Positions 17,959-27,623 of a stretch of 64,000 nt of DNA are shown here, in pieces (position 1 is the first letter of the stretch; every line of letters begins with the position of its first letter). This DNA comes from Solimonas sp. K1W22B-7. Its GTDB lineage: Bacteria > Pseudomonadota > Gammaproteobacteria > Nevskiales > Nevskiaceae. The stretch covers positions 4,474,071 through 4,538,070 of the forward strand of contig NZ_CP031704.1 in NCBI RefSeq assembly GCF_003428335.1. Reading direction: 5' to 3'. The position numbers and the translations under genes are program-made. A model generated the notes under the pieces. The model was given only the letters and a program-made list of their open reading frames with translations. It did no database searches and had not been told where the DNA came from.

Positions 17959-19530
17959 ATGAAACGCCGCGACCTGCTCAAATCCGCCGCCGCCCTCGCC
18001 GCCTGGGGCATCCCGCCTGCGCTGCTGCTGGCGCCGGGTGCCGTCCTGGCCGACGACGCCCAGCCCTTCGACCTGGCCTGGCTCAAGGGCCGTGCCCGCG
18101 CACTGGCCGGCCAGCCCTATGTCTCGCACAAGGGCGAGGTGCCCAAGTCGCTCAAGGACCTGAACTGGGACGACTACCAGAGCATCCAGTTCAAGGCCGA
18201 CAAGTCGCTGTGGCGCAAGGAAGACCTGCCCTTCCAGGCGCGCCTGTTCCACCTGGGCCTGTTCTTCCAGACCCCGGTGCACATGTTCGAGGTGGTGGAC
18301 GGCAAGGCCCGCGAGATCAAGTACGACGGCAGCCTGTTCAAGTACACCGGCAAGCAGAAGCTCGGCCGCCTGCCGTCCGACCTGGGCTATGCCGGCTTCC
18401 GCCTGCTGTTCCACACCAACTTCGAGCTGGACATCTCGGCCTTCCTCGGCGCCAGCTACTTCCGCGCCGTGGGCGAGGAGAAGCAGTACGGCCTCTCGGC
18501 CCGCGGCCTGGCGATCGACACCGGCCTGCCGCGGCCGGAGGAATTCCCGATGTTCACGGCGTTCTGGCTGGAGCGTCCGCGCAAGGAGTCCAGCAAGGTC
18601 ACGGTCTACGCCCTGCTGGACTCGCCCAGCACCACCGGCGCCTACGTGTTCGACATCACCCCGGGCCGCAACCTGGTGATGGACGTGGACGTGGCCCTGT
18701 ACCCGCGCAAGCCGATCGAGCGCCTGGGCATCGCGCCGCTGACCAGCATGTACCAGTACGGCGAGAACGACCGCCGCATGGCCTGGGACTGGCGCCCGGA
18801 AATCCACGACACCGACGGCCTGCAGCTCTGGACCGGCTCCGGCGAGTGGATGTGGCGGCCGCTGACCAACCCCACCGGGGTCCGGGTCAATTCCTACTTC
18901 GACAACAACCCGCGCGGCTTCGGCCTGCTGCAGCGCGACCGCAGCTTCGACCACTACCAGGACGACGGCGTGTTCTACGACCGCCGCCCCAGCCTCTGGG
19001 TGGAACCCAAGAGCCAGTGGGGCAAGGGCGCCGTGCAGCTGGTGGAAATCCCCACCGTGGACGAGACCTTCGACAACATCGTGGCGTTCTGGAACCCGGA
19101 GGAGAAGGTGCAGCCGGGCAAGGAATACCTGCTGTCCTACCGCCTGCACTGGGGCGGCATCCCGCCGGCCACCCCGCCGCTGGCCACGGTGCAGGCCAGC
19201 CGCACCGGCCTGGGCGGCGTGGTCGGCCAGAAGCGCAAGTACTACTCCTGGCGCTTCGCGGTGGACTTCGCCGGGGGCTCGCTGGGCATGCTGGAGGGCA
19301 ACCCCAAGGTCGAGGCCGTGATCACCGCCTCGCGCGGCAAGGTGGAAATCACCTCGGCACGGCCGCTGGCGGCGCTCAAGGGCTACCGGGCGATGTTCGA
19401 CCTGGTGCCGGACGACAGCACCGAACCGATCAACCTGCGCATGTACCTGAAGCTGGGCAACCAGACCCTGACCGAGACCTGGATCTACCAGTACACGCCG
19501 CCGCCGGTGGCGGAGCGGAAGCTGCATTGA
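17959..19530 (+). CDS. Periplasmic glucan biosynthesis protein (OpgG/OpgD family)
   Basis: MKRRDLLKSAAALAA Tat-type signal. MdoG-family conserved blocks throughout. Confidence 0.85.
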   Translation: MKRRDLLKSAAALAAWGIPPALLLAPGAVLADDAQPFDLAWLKGRARALAGQPYVSHKGEVPKSLKDLNWDDYQSIQFKADKSLWRKEDLPFQARLFHLGLFFQTPVHMFEVVDGKAREIKYDGSLFKYTGKQKLGRLPSDLGYAGFRLLFHTNFELDISAFLGASYFRAVGEEKQYGLSARGLAIDTGLPRPEEFPMFTAFWLERPRKESSKVTVYALLDSPSTTGAYVFDITPGRNLVMDVDVALYPRKPIERLGIAPLTSMYQYGENDRRMAWDWRPEIHDTDGLQLWTGSGEWMWRPLTNPTGVRVNSYFDNNPRGFGLLQRDRSFDHYQDDGVFYDRRPSLWVEPKSQWGKGAVQLVEIPTVDETFDNIVAFWNPEEKVQPGKEYLLSYRLHWGGIPPATPPLATVQASRTGLGGVVGQKRKYYSWRFAVDFAGGSLGMLEGNPKVEAVITASRGKVEITSARPLAALKGYRAMFDLVPDDSTEPINLRMYLKLGNQTLTETWIYQYTPPPVAERKLH

Positions 19531-19540
19531 GCTTTATCCC

Positions 19541-19610
19541 TGTGGGAGCGGCCTTGGCCGCGATCTTGGGCAAAAAACCAAAAGATCGCGGCTGAAGCCG
19601 CTCCCACGGG
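19541..19610. repeat. REPIN, family 1
   Basis: TGTGGGAGCGGCCTTGGCCGCGATCTT...AAGATCGCGGCTGAAGCCGCTCCCACGGG. Confidence 0.55.
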
Positions 19611-19658
19611 CAAACTTCATGGGCGGCGGGCGGCCTGATCCACTAGAATCCGCCCCCC

Positions 19659-21560
19659 ATGCTGACCTTTGCCAACGCAACGCTGCGCCGCGGTTCGCGC
19701 ACCTTGCTCGAAAACCTCGCTTTCACGATCTATCCCGGCTATCGCGTGGGGGTGGTCGGCCGTAACGGCACCGGCAAGTCCAGCCTGTTCGCGATGCTGC
19801 TGGGCGAGCTGCAGCCGGACCTCGGCGACGTCTCGGTGCCGCGCAACCTGAGGATCGCCACCGTTGCCCAGGAAACCCCGGGGCTGTCGCAGTCGGCGCT
19901 GGATTTCGTGCTGGACGGCGACCAGGAGCTGCGCGCCACCGAGGCGGCGCTGACCAAGGCCGAGGAGGCCGAAGACCTCGACAAGCTGGCCGCGCTGCAC
20001 GACCGCATGGCGGCCATCGGCGGCTATGCCGCGCCGGCGCGCGCGGCCAAGCTGCTCGACGGCCTGGGCTTCGGCGCGGTGGAACAGGGCCAGGCGGTGG
20101 CGGACTTCTCGGGCGGCTGGCGCATGCGCCTGAACCTGGGGCGCGCGCTGATGTGCCGCTCCGACCTGCTGATGCTCGACGAGCCCACCAACCACCTCGA
20201 TCTCGACGCGGTGCTGTGGCTGCAGGACTGGCTGTCGACCTACCCCGGCACGCTGCTGGCGGTGTCGCATGACCGCGAGTTCCTCGACGCGGCCACCACC
20301 CACACCCTGCACCTGCAGGGCGGCGGCGCCACCCTGTACAGCGGCAACTACTCGCAGTTCGAGCGCATCCGCGCCGAACGCCTCGCGCAGCAGCAGAGCA
20401 CGCACGAGCAGCAGAAGCGCCAGGTGGCGCACCTGCAATCCTTCGTCGACCGCTTCAAGGCCGGCACCAAGGCGCGCCAGGCCCAGGCGCGCGTGAAGAT
20501 GATCGAGCGGATCAGCATGACGGCAGCGGTGGTGGCGGACCCGGAGTTCCAGTTCCGCTTCCCCAAGCCGGACCGCCTGCCCTCGCCGCTGATCCACTGC
20601 GACAAGGTGGCGGTGGGCTATGGCGACCGCACCGTGCTCAGCGGCGTGCGCAGCGGCCTGGAGCCGGGCGACCGCATCGGCCTGCTGGGCCCCAACGGCG
20701 CCGGCAAGTCCACCTTCGTGCGCCTGCTGGCCGGCGAACTGGACGCCCGCGCCGGCGCGCTGACGCGCTCGCCCTACCTGCGCGTGGGCTACTTCGCCCA
20801 GCACCAGGTGGAGCAGCTGGACATCAAGGCTTCGGCGATGCTGCATCTGCAGCGCCTGGCCCCGACGGCCAAGGAACAGGACCTGCGCGACTTCCTCGGC
20901 AGCTTCAATTTCCGCGGCGACCGCGCCTTCGAGGTGATCGAGCCGTTCTCGGGCGGCGAGAAGGCGCGCCTGGCCCTGGCCCTGGTGGTCTACGGCAAAC
21001 CCAACCTGCTGCTGCTCGACGAGCCCACCAACCATCTCGACCTGGACATGCGCCAGGCCCTGGAAATGGCCCTGCAGGAGTTCGCCGGCAGCGTAGTGCT
21101 GGTGTCGCATGACCGCCACCTGATCGCCGCGACCTGCGACGAGCTGTGGCGCGTGTCCGACGGCGAAGTGGCGTCCTTCGACGGCGACCTCGACGACTAC
21201 GCGCGCTGGCTGGGCCAGCGCCGCGCGGCGCAGGGCACCGGCAAGGTCGCCAAGGTGGCCAAGGCCACGGCCGAGGCCGCGATCCCGCAGGCGCCGAAGC
21301 GCCGGCCGGAAGAGCAGCGCGCGGTGGAGAAGCCCTTCCGCGAGACCATCCGCAACCTCGACGCGAAGATGGGCAAGCTGCAGCAGCGCCTCAAGGTGCT
21401 GGAGAACGAGCTGGCCGATCCGGCGATCTACGAGGCCGGGCAGCGCGGCAAGCTGCAGAAGCTGACGCAGGAACAGGCCGAGAAGCGCGCCGAGCTGGAA
21501 ACCAGCGAGGAGCAGTGGTTGGCGGCGTCGGAAGAACTCGAGAAACTACAGCAATATTGA
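19659..21560 (+). CDS. ABC-F family ATPase (YheS/Uup-like, two ABC domains)
   Basis: Two Walker A motifs (GRNGTGKS, GPNGAGKS), two LSGGE signatures, inter-domain linker and C-terminal coiled coil. Confidence 0.85.
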   Translation: MLTFANATLRRGSRTLLENLAFTIYPGYRVGVVGRNGTGKSSLFAMLLGELQPDLGDVSVPRNLRIATVAQETPGLSQSALDFVLDGDQELRATEAALTKAEEAEDLDKLAALHDRMAAIGGYAAPARAAKLLDGLGFGAVEQGQAVADFSGGWRMRLNLGRALMCRSDLLMLDEPTNHLDLDAVLWLQDWLSTYPGTLLAVSHDREFLDAATTHTLHLQGGGATLYSGNYSQFERIRAERLAQQQSTHEQQKRQVAHLQSFVDRFKAGTKARQAQARVKMIERISMTAAVVADPEFQFRFPKPDRLPSPLIHCDKVAVGYGDRTVLSGVRSGLEPGDRIGLLGPNGAGKSTFVRLLAGELDARAGALTRSPYLRVGYFAQHQVEQLDIKASAMLHLQRLAPTAKEQDLRDFLGSFNFRGDRAFEVIEPFSGGEKARLALALVVYGKPNLLLLDEPTNHLDLDMRQALEMALQEFAGSVVLVSHDRHLIAATCDELWRVSDGEVASFDGDLDDYARWLGQRRAAQGTGKVAKVAKATAEAAIPQAPKRRPEEQRAVEKPFRETIRNLDAKMGKLQQRLKVLENELADPAIYEAGQRGKLQKLTQEQAEKRAELETSEEQWLAASEELEKLQQY

Positions 21561-21565
21561 CGGAC

Positions 21566-21640
21566 TGTAGGAGCGGCCGTTGGCCGCGAAGGCCGGTCAT
21601 CATGGCAACCGGCGCTCGCGGCTAACAGCCGCTCCTACGA
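21566..21640. repeat. REPIN, family 1
   Basis: TGTAGGAGCGGCCGTTGGCCGCGAAG...GCTCGCGGCTAACAGCCGCTCCTACG. Confidence 0.55.
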
Positions 21641-21650
21641 AAAGACGACA

Positions 21651-22553
21651 CTACTCCGGCGTCTTGGCCTTCGCCCTTCTTGCCCGCACCCGCGCCACCA
21701 CCCGCTTAATCGGCTCCGCCACCCGCCGCCGCGTGCTGCGCGCGGCTGGCTTGCGCGGCTTGGCGACCGCCTTGCGGCGCGGTGCGGGCTTCTTCGTGGG
21801 CTCCCACTTGAGGATGCGGATCTCGCCCTGGAAGTCCTCGGCCAGGGCGGTGCAGCTCTCCACCCAGTCGCCGCAGTTGAAGCTGGTCACGCCGTTGCGC
21901 ACGTAGCGCACCTCGGCATGGTGGGTGTGGCCGGTGACGACGCCATTCAGGCCCTCGTTGCGGCAGCGGTGCAGCATCTTCTCGTCGACGCCGGACAGGT
22001 ATTGCGTCACCGACTTCACCTGGGTCTTCACCATGGCCGACAGCTTGGGCATGGGCTCCGCCACGCCGTTCCAGCGCTGCCAGGCGGTGTCCGCGCGCAT
22101 CAGCAGGGTGTAGGCCAGGTCGGAAGCATGGGCCAGCAGCGGCATGTTGCTGACCACTTCGTCGAAGACATCGCCGTGGATCACCAGCAGGCGGCGGCCG
22201 TCGGCGGTGGTGTGGACCGCCTCGTTGGCCAGGCGGATGCGGCCCAGGCGCAGCTGCTTGCGCACGAACTGGCGCAGGAAGTCGTCATGGTTGCCGGCGA
22301 TGTAGTGCACCTTGGTGCCCTTGCGGGCCTTGGCGATCACGGCGTGCAGCACGCGGCTGTGGTCGGGCGGCCAGTAGAACTTGGCGCGCAGTTTCCAGCC
22401 GTCGAAGATGTCGCCGACCAGGTAGAGGTTCTCGCACTCGTTCTGGCGCAGGAACTCGACCAGGGCGCGCGCCTTGCAGCCCTCCGAGCCCAGGTGCACG
22501 TCGGAAATCCATAGCGTGCGGTGACGCCGTACCGCGGGTTTTCTGCTGCTCAT
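21651..22553 (-). CDS. LpxH-family metallophosphoesterase (UDP-2,3-diacylglucosamine diphosphatase-like) with K/R-rich C-terminal tail
   Basis: WISDVHLG, VGDIFDGW and AGNHD calcineurin-like motifs. ~60-aa Lys/Arg/Ala-rich tail. Confidence 0.65.
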   Translation of the reverse strand: MSSRKPAVRRHRTLWISDVHLGSEGCKARALVEFLRQNECENLYLVGDIFDGWKLRAKFYWPPDHSRVLHAVIAKARKGTKVHYIAGNHDDFLRQFVRKQLRLGRIRLANEAVHTTADGRRLLVIHGDVFDEVVSNMPLLAHASDLAYTLLMRADTAWQRWNGVAEPMPKLSAMVKTQVKSVTQYLSGVDEKMLHRCRNEGLNGVVTGHTHHAEVRYVRNGVTSFNCGDWVESCTALAEDFQGEIRILKWEPTKKPAPRRKAVAKPRKPAARSTRRRVAEPIKRVVARVRARRAKAKTPE

Positions 22554-22640
22554 GGCCACTCCTGCTGACGGCATGGAGGCTACAGTGGCTCCATGCCAGT
22601 TCGATTACGCAAGAAGCAGACCACGCTTCGCCGGCAGGGT

Positions 22641-23291
22641 TCAGCCGGCGGCCCGATCGGAGACGTAGGGGTTGCTGTGGCGCTCGTTGCCGAATGTGGA
22701 CATGGGGCCGTGGCCCGGGACGAAGTGCGTGTCGTCACCCAAGGGGAACAGTCGTTCGCGAATCGCGCGGACCAGGTCGCCACGGTTGCCGCGAGGAAAG
22801 TCGGTGCGGCCGATGCCCCCCTGGAACAGCACGTCGCCGACGAAGGCCAGCTGCGAAGGCGCATGGTGAAACACTACGTGACCGGGCGTATGTCCCGGGC
22901 AATGCAGCACGTCCAGGCTCAGGCTGCCCAGGGTCACGGTGTCGCCCTGCTCCAGCCAGCGGTCGGGTGTGAAGACGCGCGCCGGCGGGAAGCCGTAGGT
23001 CTCGGCGTCCTGCGGCAGGCGCTGGATCCAGAAGTCGTCGTCGCGGTGCGGGCCTTCGATCGGCAGGCCCAGGCGCTCGGCCAGGTCCTGCACGGCGCTG
23101 GCATGGTCCAGGTGACCATGGGTGACCAGCAGCTTTTCCAGGGTCACGCCGTGGTGGGCCACGCGCTGCAGCAGCTGCTCGATCTCGCCGCCGGCATCCA
23201 CCAGTGCGCCTTGCAAGGTCTCGCTGTCCCAGATCAGCGAGCAGTTCTGCCGCAGCGGGGTGACCGGGATGATCTCGACGCGCAGGGCCAT
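22641..23291 (-). CDS. MBL-fold metallo-hydrolase
   Basis: LVTHGHLDHASA His motif. Start ATG overlaps the cysH stop (ATGA). Confidence 0.75.
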   Translation of the reverse strand: MALRVEIIPVTPLRQNCSLIWDSETLQGALVDAGGEIEQLLQRVAHHGVTLEKLLVTHGHLDHASAVQDLAERLGLPIEGPHRDDDFWIQRLPQDAETYGFPPARVFTPDRWLEQGDTVTLGSLSLDVLHCPGHTPGHVVFHHAPSQLAFVGDVLFQGGIGRTDFPRGNRGDLVRAIRERLFPLGDDTHFVPGHGPMSTFGNERHSNPYVSDRAAG

Positions 23292-23998
23292 CAGAGATGC
23301 AGGCCGCACTCGGTCTTGGGCTTGCCCTGCCAGCGGCCGGCGCGGCCGTCACCGGGCACCGTGCAATGCGAGCAGCCGATGGAGGAATAGCCCTTCTCCA
23401 CCAGCGGGTGCAGTTGCAGGGCGTGCTCGCGGATGTAGTCGTCGCGCTGTTCGCGGGTGACGTCGATCATCGGGTTGAACTTGACGATGCCGCGGCGCTC
23501 CTCGAACACCGGCAGCGTGGCGCGGTGATCGGTCTGCCAGCGCATCAGGCTGGACACCCAGATGTGGTACGCGGGCTTGGCCGATTCCAGCGGCTCCACC
23601 TTGTTGACCGAGCAGCAGAAGTCCGGATCGCGCGACCAGGTCTTCTCGTCGACGGTGAACTGGTGCTTCCAGTCCTCGGCCTTGAGGTCGAACACTTCCA
23701 GGCCGAACTCGGCGACCAGGAAGTCGCGGTAGGCCAGGGTCTCGGGGAAGTGGAAGCCGGTGTCGATGAAGGCCACGCGCTGGCTCGGACGGATGCGCGA
23801 GATGATGTGCAGGAAGTGCGCCGAGGTAGCGGCAAAGGACGAGGTCACCAGCACCTTGTCCTCGGGGAAATCCTTGTACAGCTCCTCTAGGCGCTGCTCG
23901 AAATCCAGCGGCGCGTACTTGGCGTTCAGGGCCTCGATACGCTCGGAGCTGAGGCCGGCGCTGTTGGCGGGGTTGGGTGCTGCTTCTGCAATCGACAC
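23291..23998 (-). CDS. cysH: Adenylyl-/phosphoadenylyl-sulfate reductase (thioredoxin-dependent, Fe-S type)
   Basis: PAPS-reductase fold, CC...CSHC cluster cysteines and C-terminal ECGLH motif. GTG start at 23998 after AAGGAAAG. Confidence 0.7.
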   Translation of the reverse strand: MSIAEAAPNPANSAGLSSERIEALNAKYAPLDFEQRLEELYKDFPEDKVLVTSSFAATSAHFLHIISRIRPSQRVAFIDTGFHFPETLAYRDFLVAEFGLEVFDLKAEDWKHQFTVDEKTWSRDPDFCCSVNKVEPLESAKPAYHIWVSSLMRWQTDHRATLPVFEERRGIVKFNPMIDVTREQRDDYIREHALQLHPLVEKGYSSIGCSHCTVPGDGRAGRWQGKPKTECGLHL

Positions 23999-24100
23999 GA
24001 AACTTTCCTTGCGACCGGCTGGGAAACCCGGAAACGGGGCGCCAATTCTAAGGCTTTTGACTATGCAGGGCCGCTTTTGGGTCAAAAAACTCTAAGGAAA

Positions 24101-24559
24101 TCAGCTTTTCCGTCCCCGCCCACCCTGCGCGGCCACCGGTTCCGGCGCGGGAAAGCTGCCGTCGAGGTAGAGCCAGCGGCCGTCGATGCGCTCGAAACGG
24201 CTCAGCTCGTGCAGGCGCTGGGCGCTGCCGCCGCCGATGCGGTAGCGGGCCACGAACTCCACCTGGGCGTGGTCGGCGTCCTGCGGCACATACCGCAACA
24301 CCTTGAGCCCCAGCCAGGTGGTGCGCGGATGCTCGCTGCCCAGGTCCAGGGACTCCGGGCAGGTGCCGGGGTGCCAGGTCGCCAGCAGGTAACCCTCGAG
24401 GCCCGAGAAATAGGCGCTGTAGCGCGAGCGCATCAGCGCCTCGGCGGTGGGCGGCAGGGCCTTGCCCAGGTGGAAAGGCTCGCAGCAGGCCACGTACGCG
24501 GCGCCGGAACCGCAGGGACAGGTCGGCCCGGCGGGCTGGTTGGAAACGGGTCGTGTCAT
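24101..24559 (-). CDS. YchJ-family protein (UPF0225, SEC-C motif)
   Basis: CPCGSGAAYVACC SEC-C metal-binding motif, repeated near the C-terminus. Confidence 0.75.
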   Translation of the reverse strand: MTRPVSNQPAGPTCPCGSGAAYVACCEPFHLGKALPPTAEALMRSRYSAYFSGLEGYLLATWHPGTCPESLDLGSEHPRTTWLGLKVLRYVPQDADHAQVEFVARYRIGGGSAQRLHELSRFERIDGRWLYLDGSFPAPEPVAAQGGRGRKS

Positions 24560-24586
24560 GTCCGGATTGTGCTGCACCGGAGGGTC

Positions 24587-25711
24587 TCAATGCGCGCCGG
24601 CCTTGGCGCCGTTGCCGGCACTGCGCGCCGCTTCGGGCTCGCCTGCGTCCAGGCGCAGCGGCCCTTCCAGCTGCAGCGACTGGCGCGGCATGCCGAAGAC
24701 GATGCGCTCGCTCTTGAGCGCCCGCATGATCGCCAGGTTCACCGCCTGCTGGATGTCCATGAACAGGTTGTAGTCCGGGTCGGTGACCCAGTAGACCGTC
24801 TCGAACACCAGCGAGTACTCGCCGAACTTCTGGAAGTGCGCCCGCTCGAAGCGCACCCTGGACTGGGCTTCGACGATCTTGCGGATCGTCGCCGGGATCT
24901 GCTCGAGCAGGTCCGGCGGGGTCTCGTAGGCCACACCGAAACTGAACAGCACGCGGCGCTCGACCATGCGCTTGTAGTTGCGCAGGCGGGTCTTGAGCAG
25001 GTCGCTGTTGGAGAACACGATCTGCTCGCCGTCGAGGCTGCGGATGCGCGTGGTCTTGAGGCCGACGTTCTCGACCGTGCCCATGTAGTTGTCGACGATG
25101 ATGAAGTCGCCGATCACGAAGGGCTTGTCCACCACGATCGACAGCGAGGCGAACAGGTCGCCGAGGATGTTCTGCACCGCCAGCGCCACGGCGACACCCC
25201 CGATGCCGAGGCCCGCCACCAGGGCGGTGATGTTGATGCCGAGGTTGTCCAGTACCAGGAGCAGGATCACGGTCCACAACACCAGCTGGGCGATGAAGCC
25301 GATGGCAGAGAGGCTGGTCGCGGCGCTGGCATTGGAAGCCATGGCCCTGGCGCGCGAACGGCCCAGCCAGAAGTTGAGCGCTGCCCCGGCCCAGAAGCCC
25401 AGCTGCAGGAAGAAGGCCACGGCCGTGGCCGCTTTCAGGAGGTCGTTGTGCCGATCGGGCAATGTCAGGTAGTGGCTGCCCAGCGACAGCGCGAAGATCG
25501 ACACCAGCCACAGGCGCGTCGCCTGCAGCGCAGCGACCATGGCGTCGTCGAGCTGGGTACGCGAACGCTGTGCCTGGGCGACAAGGCGGCGCGCCAGGAT
25601 CGGCTTGGCCAGGTACATCACCAGCGCGATCGCCACCGACAGGCCCAGCGTGATCAGCCAGTCCCGTGGAGTACCGCCGTAGACCGGGGTCTCCAGCAAT
25701 TGCAGGTTCAT
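24587..25711 (-). CDS. Mechanosensitive ion channel (MscS family)
   Basis: Transmembrane helices followed by the conserved MscS beta domain (FVIGDFIIVDNYMGTVENVGLKTTRIR). Confidence 0.85.
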   Translation of the reverse strand: MNLQLLETPVYGGTPRDWLITLGLSVAIALVMYLAKPILARRLVAQAQRSRTQLDDAMVAALQATRLWLVSIFALSLGSHYLTLPDRHNDLLKAATAVAFFLQLGFWAGAALNFWLGRSRARAMASNASAATSLSAIGFIAQLVLWTVILLLVLDNLGINITALVAGLGIGGVAVALAVQNILGDLFASLSIVVDKPFVIGDFIIVDNYMGTVENVGLKTTRIRSLDGEQIVFSNSDLLKTRLRNYKRMVERRVLFSFGVAYETPPDLLEQIPATIRKIVEAQSRVRFERAHFQKFGEYSLVFETVYWVTDPDYNLFMDIQQAVNLAIMRALKSERIVFGMPRQSLQLEGPLRLDAGEPEAARSAGNGAKAGAH

Positions 25712-25849
25712 CCCTGAACTCCTTGAAACTCGTTGAATATGGGCACCTTCCTGGCACCGTCATGGACTTGGAGTGGTTTTGCCGCCGATCCGTTCCCGGC
25801 TGGAATGATGTATATACGGACGTTATAATGTCCGACAGGAGGGTCCGCC

Positions 25850-26074
25850 ATGAAACTCAAGATCACCACCGTGGGCAATTCGGCCGGCGTCGTGCTGCCC
25901 AAGGAACTGCTGGCGCGCCTGCGCCTGGACAAGGGCGACACGCTCTATGTCACCGAGCTGCCTGATGGCGTGAAGCTGCAGGCCTACGATCCGACGTTTG
26001 CGCAGCAGATGGAGGTGGCCGAAAGCGTCATGCGCCGCCGCCGCACTTTGCTGCACAAGCTGTCCGAGAACTGA
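25850..26074 (+). CDS. Type II antitoxin, AbrB/MazE/SpoVT family (Phd-like partner of Doc)
   Basis: 74 aa, swapped-hairpin fold signature (KITTVGNSAGVVLPKELL). Directly precedes doc. TATAAT -10 box embedded in a CGGAC...GTCCG inverted repeat upstream. Confidence 0.7.
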   Translation: MKLKITTVGNSAGVVLPKELLARLRLDKGDTLYVTELPDGVKLQAYDPTFAQQMEVAESVMRRRRTLLHKLSEN

Positions 26075-26083
26075 GGACAGGCC

Positions 26084-26518
26084 ATGATCGTCTGGATTGG
26101 CCGCTCCCTGGCCCTGGCGATACACGACCGGCAATTGGCCGAGCATGGCGGCAGCAGCGGCGTGCGCGATGAGAACATGCTGGAGTCGGCGCTCGCCCGG
26201 CCTCAGCAGTTGCATCACTACGGCGACCCGCCGCCGGACCTGGCGGACCTCGCCGCCTCCCTTGCCTTCGGCCTGGCGCGAAATCATCCTTTCGTCGACG
26301 GCAACAAGCGCACGGCGGCTGTGGTCTGCGAAACCTTCATCGAGCTCAATGACGCGATGCTCGCTGCCGAGGACGTGGAACTGTTCCCCCGCTTTCTGGC
26401 GCTGGCCGAGGGCCAACTCACCGTCGAAGAGTTCGCGGCATGGCTGCGCCCGCGCATCCGCTCCTCACCGCGCGGCGATGTGCAGGAACCGCCGCCGCGC
26501 TACGAAACCGCGGGCTGA
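26084..26518 (+). CDS. doc: Doc/Fic-family death-on-curing toxin
   Basis: HPFVDGNKRTA Fic/Doc motif; 10 nt after the antitoxin stop. Confidence 0.8.
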   Translation: MIVWIGRSLALAIHDRQLAEHGGSSGVRDENMLESALARPQQLHHYGDPPPDLADLAASLAFGLARNHPFVDGNKRTAAVVCETFIELNDAMLAAEDVELFPRFLALAEGQLTVEEFAAWLRPRIRSSPRGDVQEPPPRYETAG

Positions 26519-26521
26519 CCT

Positions 26522-27034
26522 ATGCAACTGCACCAGATCAACATCCAGTACGACCCGGCCCAGGATCGCCTGCTGCTGCGCATCAGCACGCGCGACAAGC
26601 AGGAGTACCACCTGTGGCTGACGCGGCGGCTGACCGCGCTGTGGTGGCCGGCGCTGTTCCAGGTGCTGGGTCATAGCGAGCCGGTGCGCCAGCACAGCGA
26701 CCCGCAGACGCAGAAGGCGGTGCTCGAGTTCCAGCACCAGCATGCGCTGGAAGGCACCGACTTCAGGAAACAGTTCGAGCCCGGTGAACTGAGCCCTGCG
26801 ATGGCGCCGCTGCTGGTGAACAAAGTGCAGATGCGCCGCGCCGGCGAGGAACACTACCTGCTGCTGTTCTCGCCGCAGGAAGGGCCGGGCCTGGAGATCC
26901 GCCTGCCGGAAAAGACCGTGCACGCGCTGGCCAAGCTGATCGACGAGGGCGTGAAGCTGGCCGAATGGGGCCTGACGGCGCCGGACGCGGCGCAGCCCAC
27001 GCTGGCGCCGGCGGAGCGCAAGCACATCAACTGA
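26522..27034 (+). CDS. Hypothetical protein (co-oriented, 3 nt after doc)
   Basis: 170 aa with genome-typical codon usage. No recognisable motif. Confidence 0.45.
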   Translation: MQLHQINIQYDPAQDRLLLRISTRDKQEYHLWLTRRLTALWWPALFQVLGHSEPVRQHSDPQTQKAVLEFQHQHALEGTDFRKQFEPGELSPAMAPLLVNKVQMRRAGEEHYLLLFSPQEGPGLEIRLPEKTVHALAKLIDEGVKLAEWGLTAPDAAQPTLAPAERKHIN

Positions 27035-27623
27035 GTTGCCAGATACGGCAGCGATTGTTCGCCGGCATCGCGTGGTCGTCGAGCAGCTGCAGGCCGATGG
27101 CTGACGCCAGCGCGTCCACCGCCTCGGCGTCGCGGATGCCGCGGCGCGGGTCGGCGTGCTTCAGCGCGGTGTCGAAGGCGGCGTTGCTGTCGCTGGTGAA
27201 ACGGCCGCCGTAGTTGAACGGCCCGTACACCGCCAGCTTCGCGCCCGCCGCCATCACCTCCGGCAGGCGCCGGAACATTTCCCGCACGTCGTCCCAGCCC
27301 ATGATGTGCAGGGTGTTGGCGCTGAACACGGCGTCGTAGCCCGGCGCCGGCCAGTCCGCCTGGTTGACGTCGAGCACCAGCGGCGGCGGCGTGTTGGGCA
27401 GGGCCGCATCCTCCAGCCAGAGGCGGATGCCATCGAGATTTTCCTCGCGGTCGGCGCACTGCCACACCAGCTGCGGCAGCGCCGCGGCGAAATGCACCGC
27501 GTGCTGGCCGGTGCCGCTGCCGATCTCCAGCACGCGGCCCCGGTCGGCGAAATGCTGGCGCAGCACCGCGAGGATCGGCTCGCGGTTGCGCTCGCAGGAC
27601 GCGGAGTAGGGCTTGTTGCTCAC
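27027..27623 (-). CDS. DUF938-type class I SAM-dependent methyltransferase
   Basis: VLEIGSGTGQH SAM-binding motif. GTG start overlapping the MAPEG stop (GTGA). Confidence 0.6.
   Translation of the reverse strand: MSNKPYSASCERNREPILAVLRQHFADRGRVLEIGSGTGQHAVHFAAALPQLVWQCADREENLDGIRLWLEDAALPNTPPPLVLDVNQADWPAPGYDAVFSANTLHIMGWDDVREMFRRLPEVMAAGAKLAVYGPFNYGGRFTSDSNAAFDTALKHADPRRGIRDAEAVDALASAIGLQLLDDHAMPANNRCRIWQLS

Noticed and set aside
17052-19595. 847-aa + ORF and 753-aa - ORF (17266..19527) overlapping opgG
   Set aside because: Low-complexity R/A/G/P-rich shadow ORFs typical of about 70% GC DNA. The opgG frame has conserved family motifs.
24030-24095. Possible regulatory inverted repeat TTTTGAC...GTCAAAA after ychJ
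   Set aside because: Short, AT-rich stem without conserved partner motif. Most likely a weak terminator; not reported as a feature.
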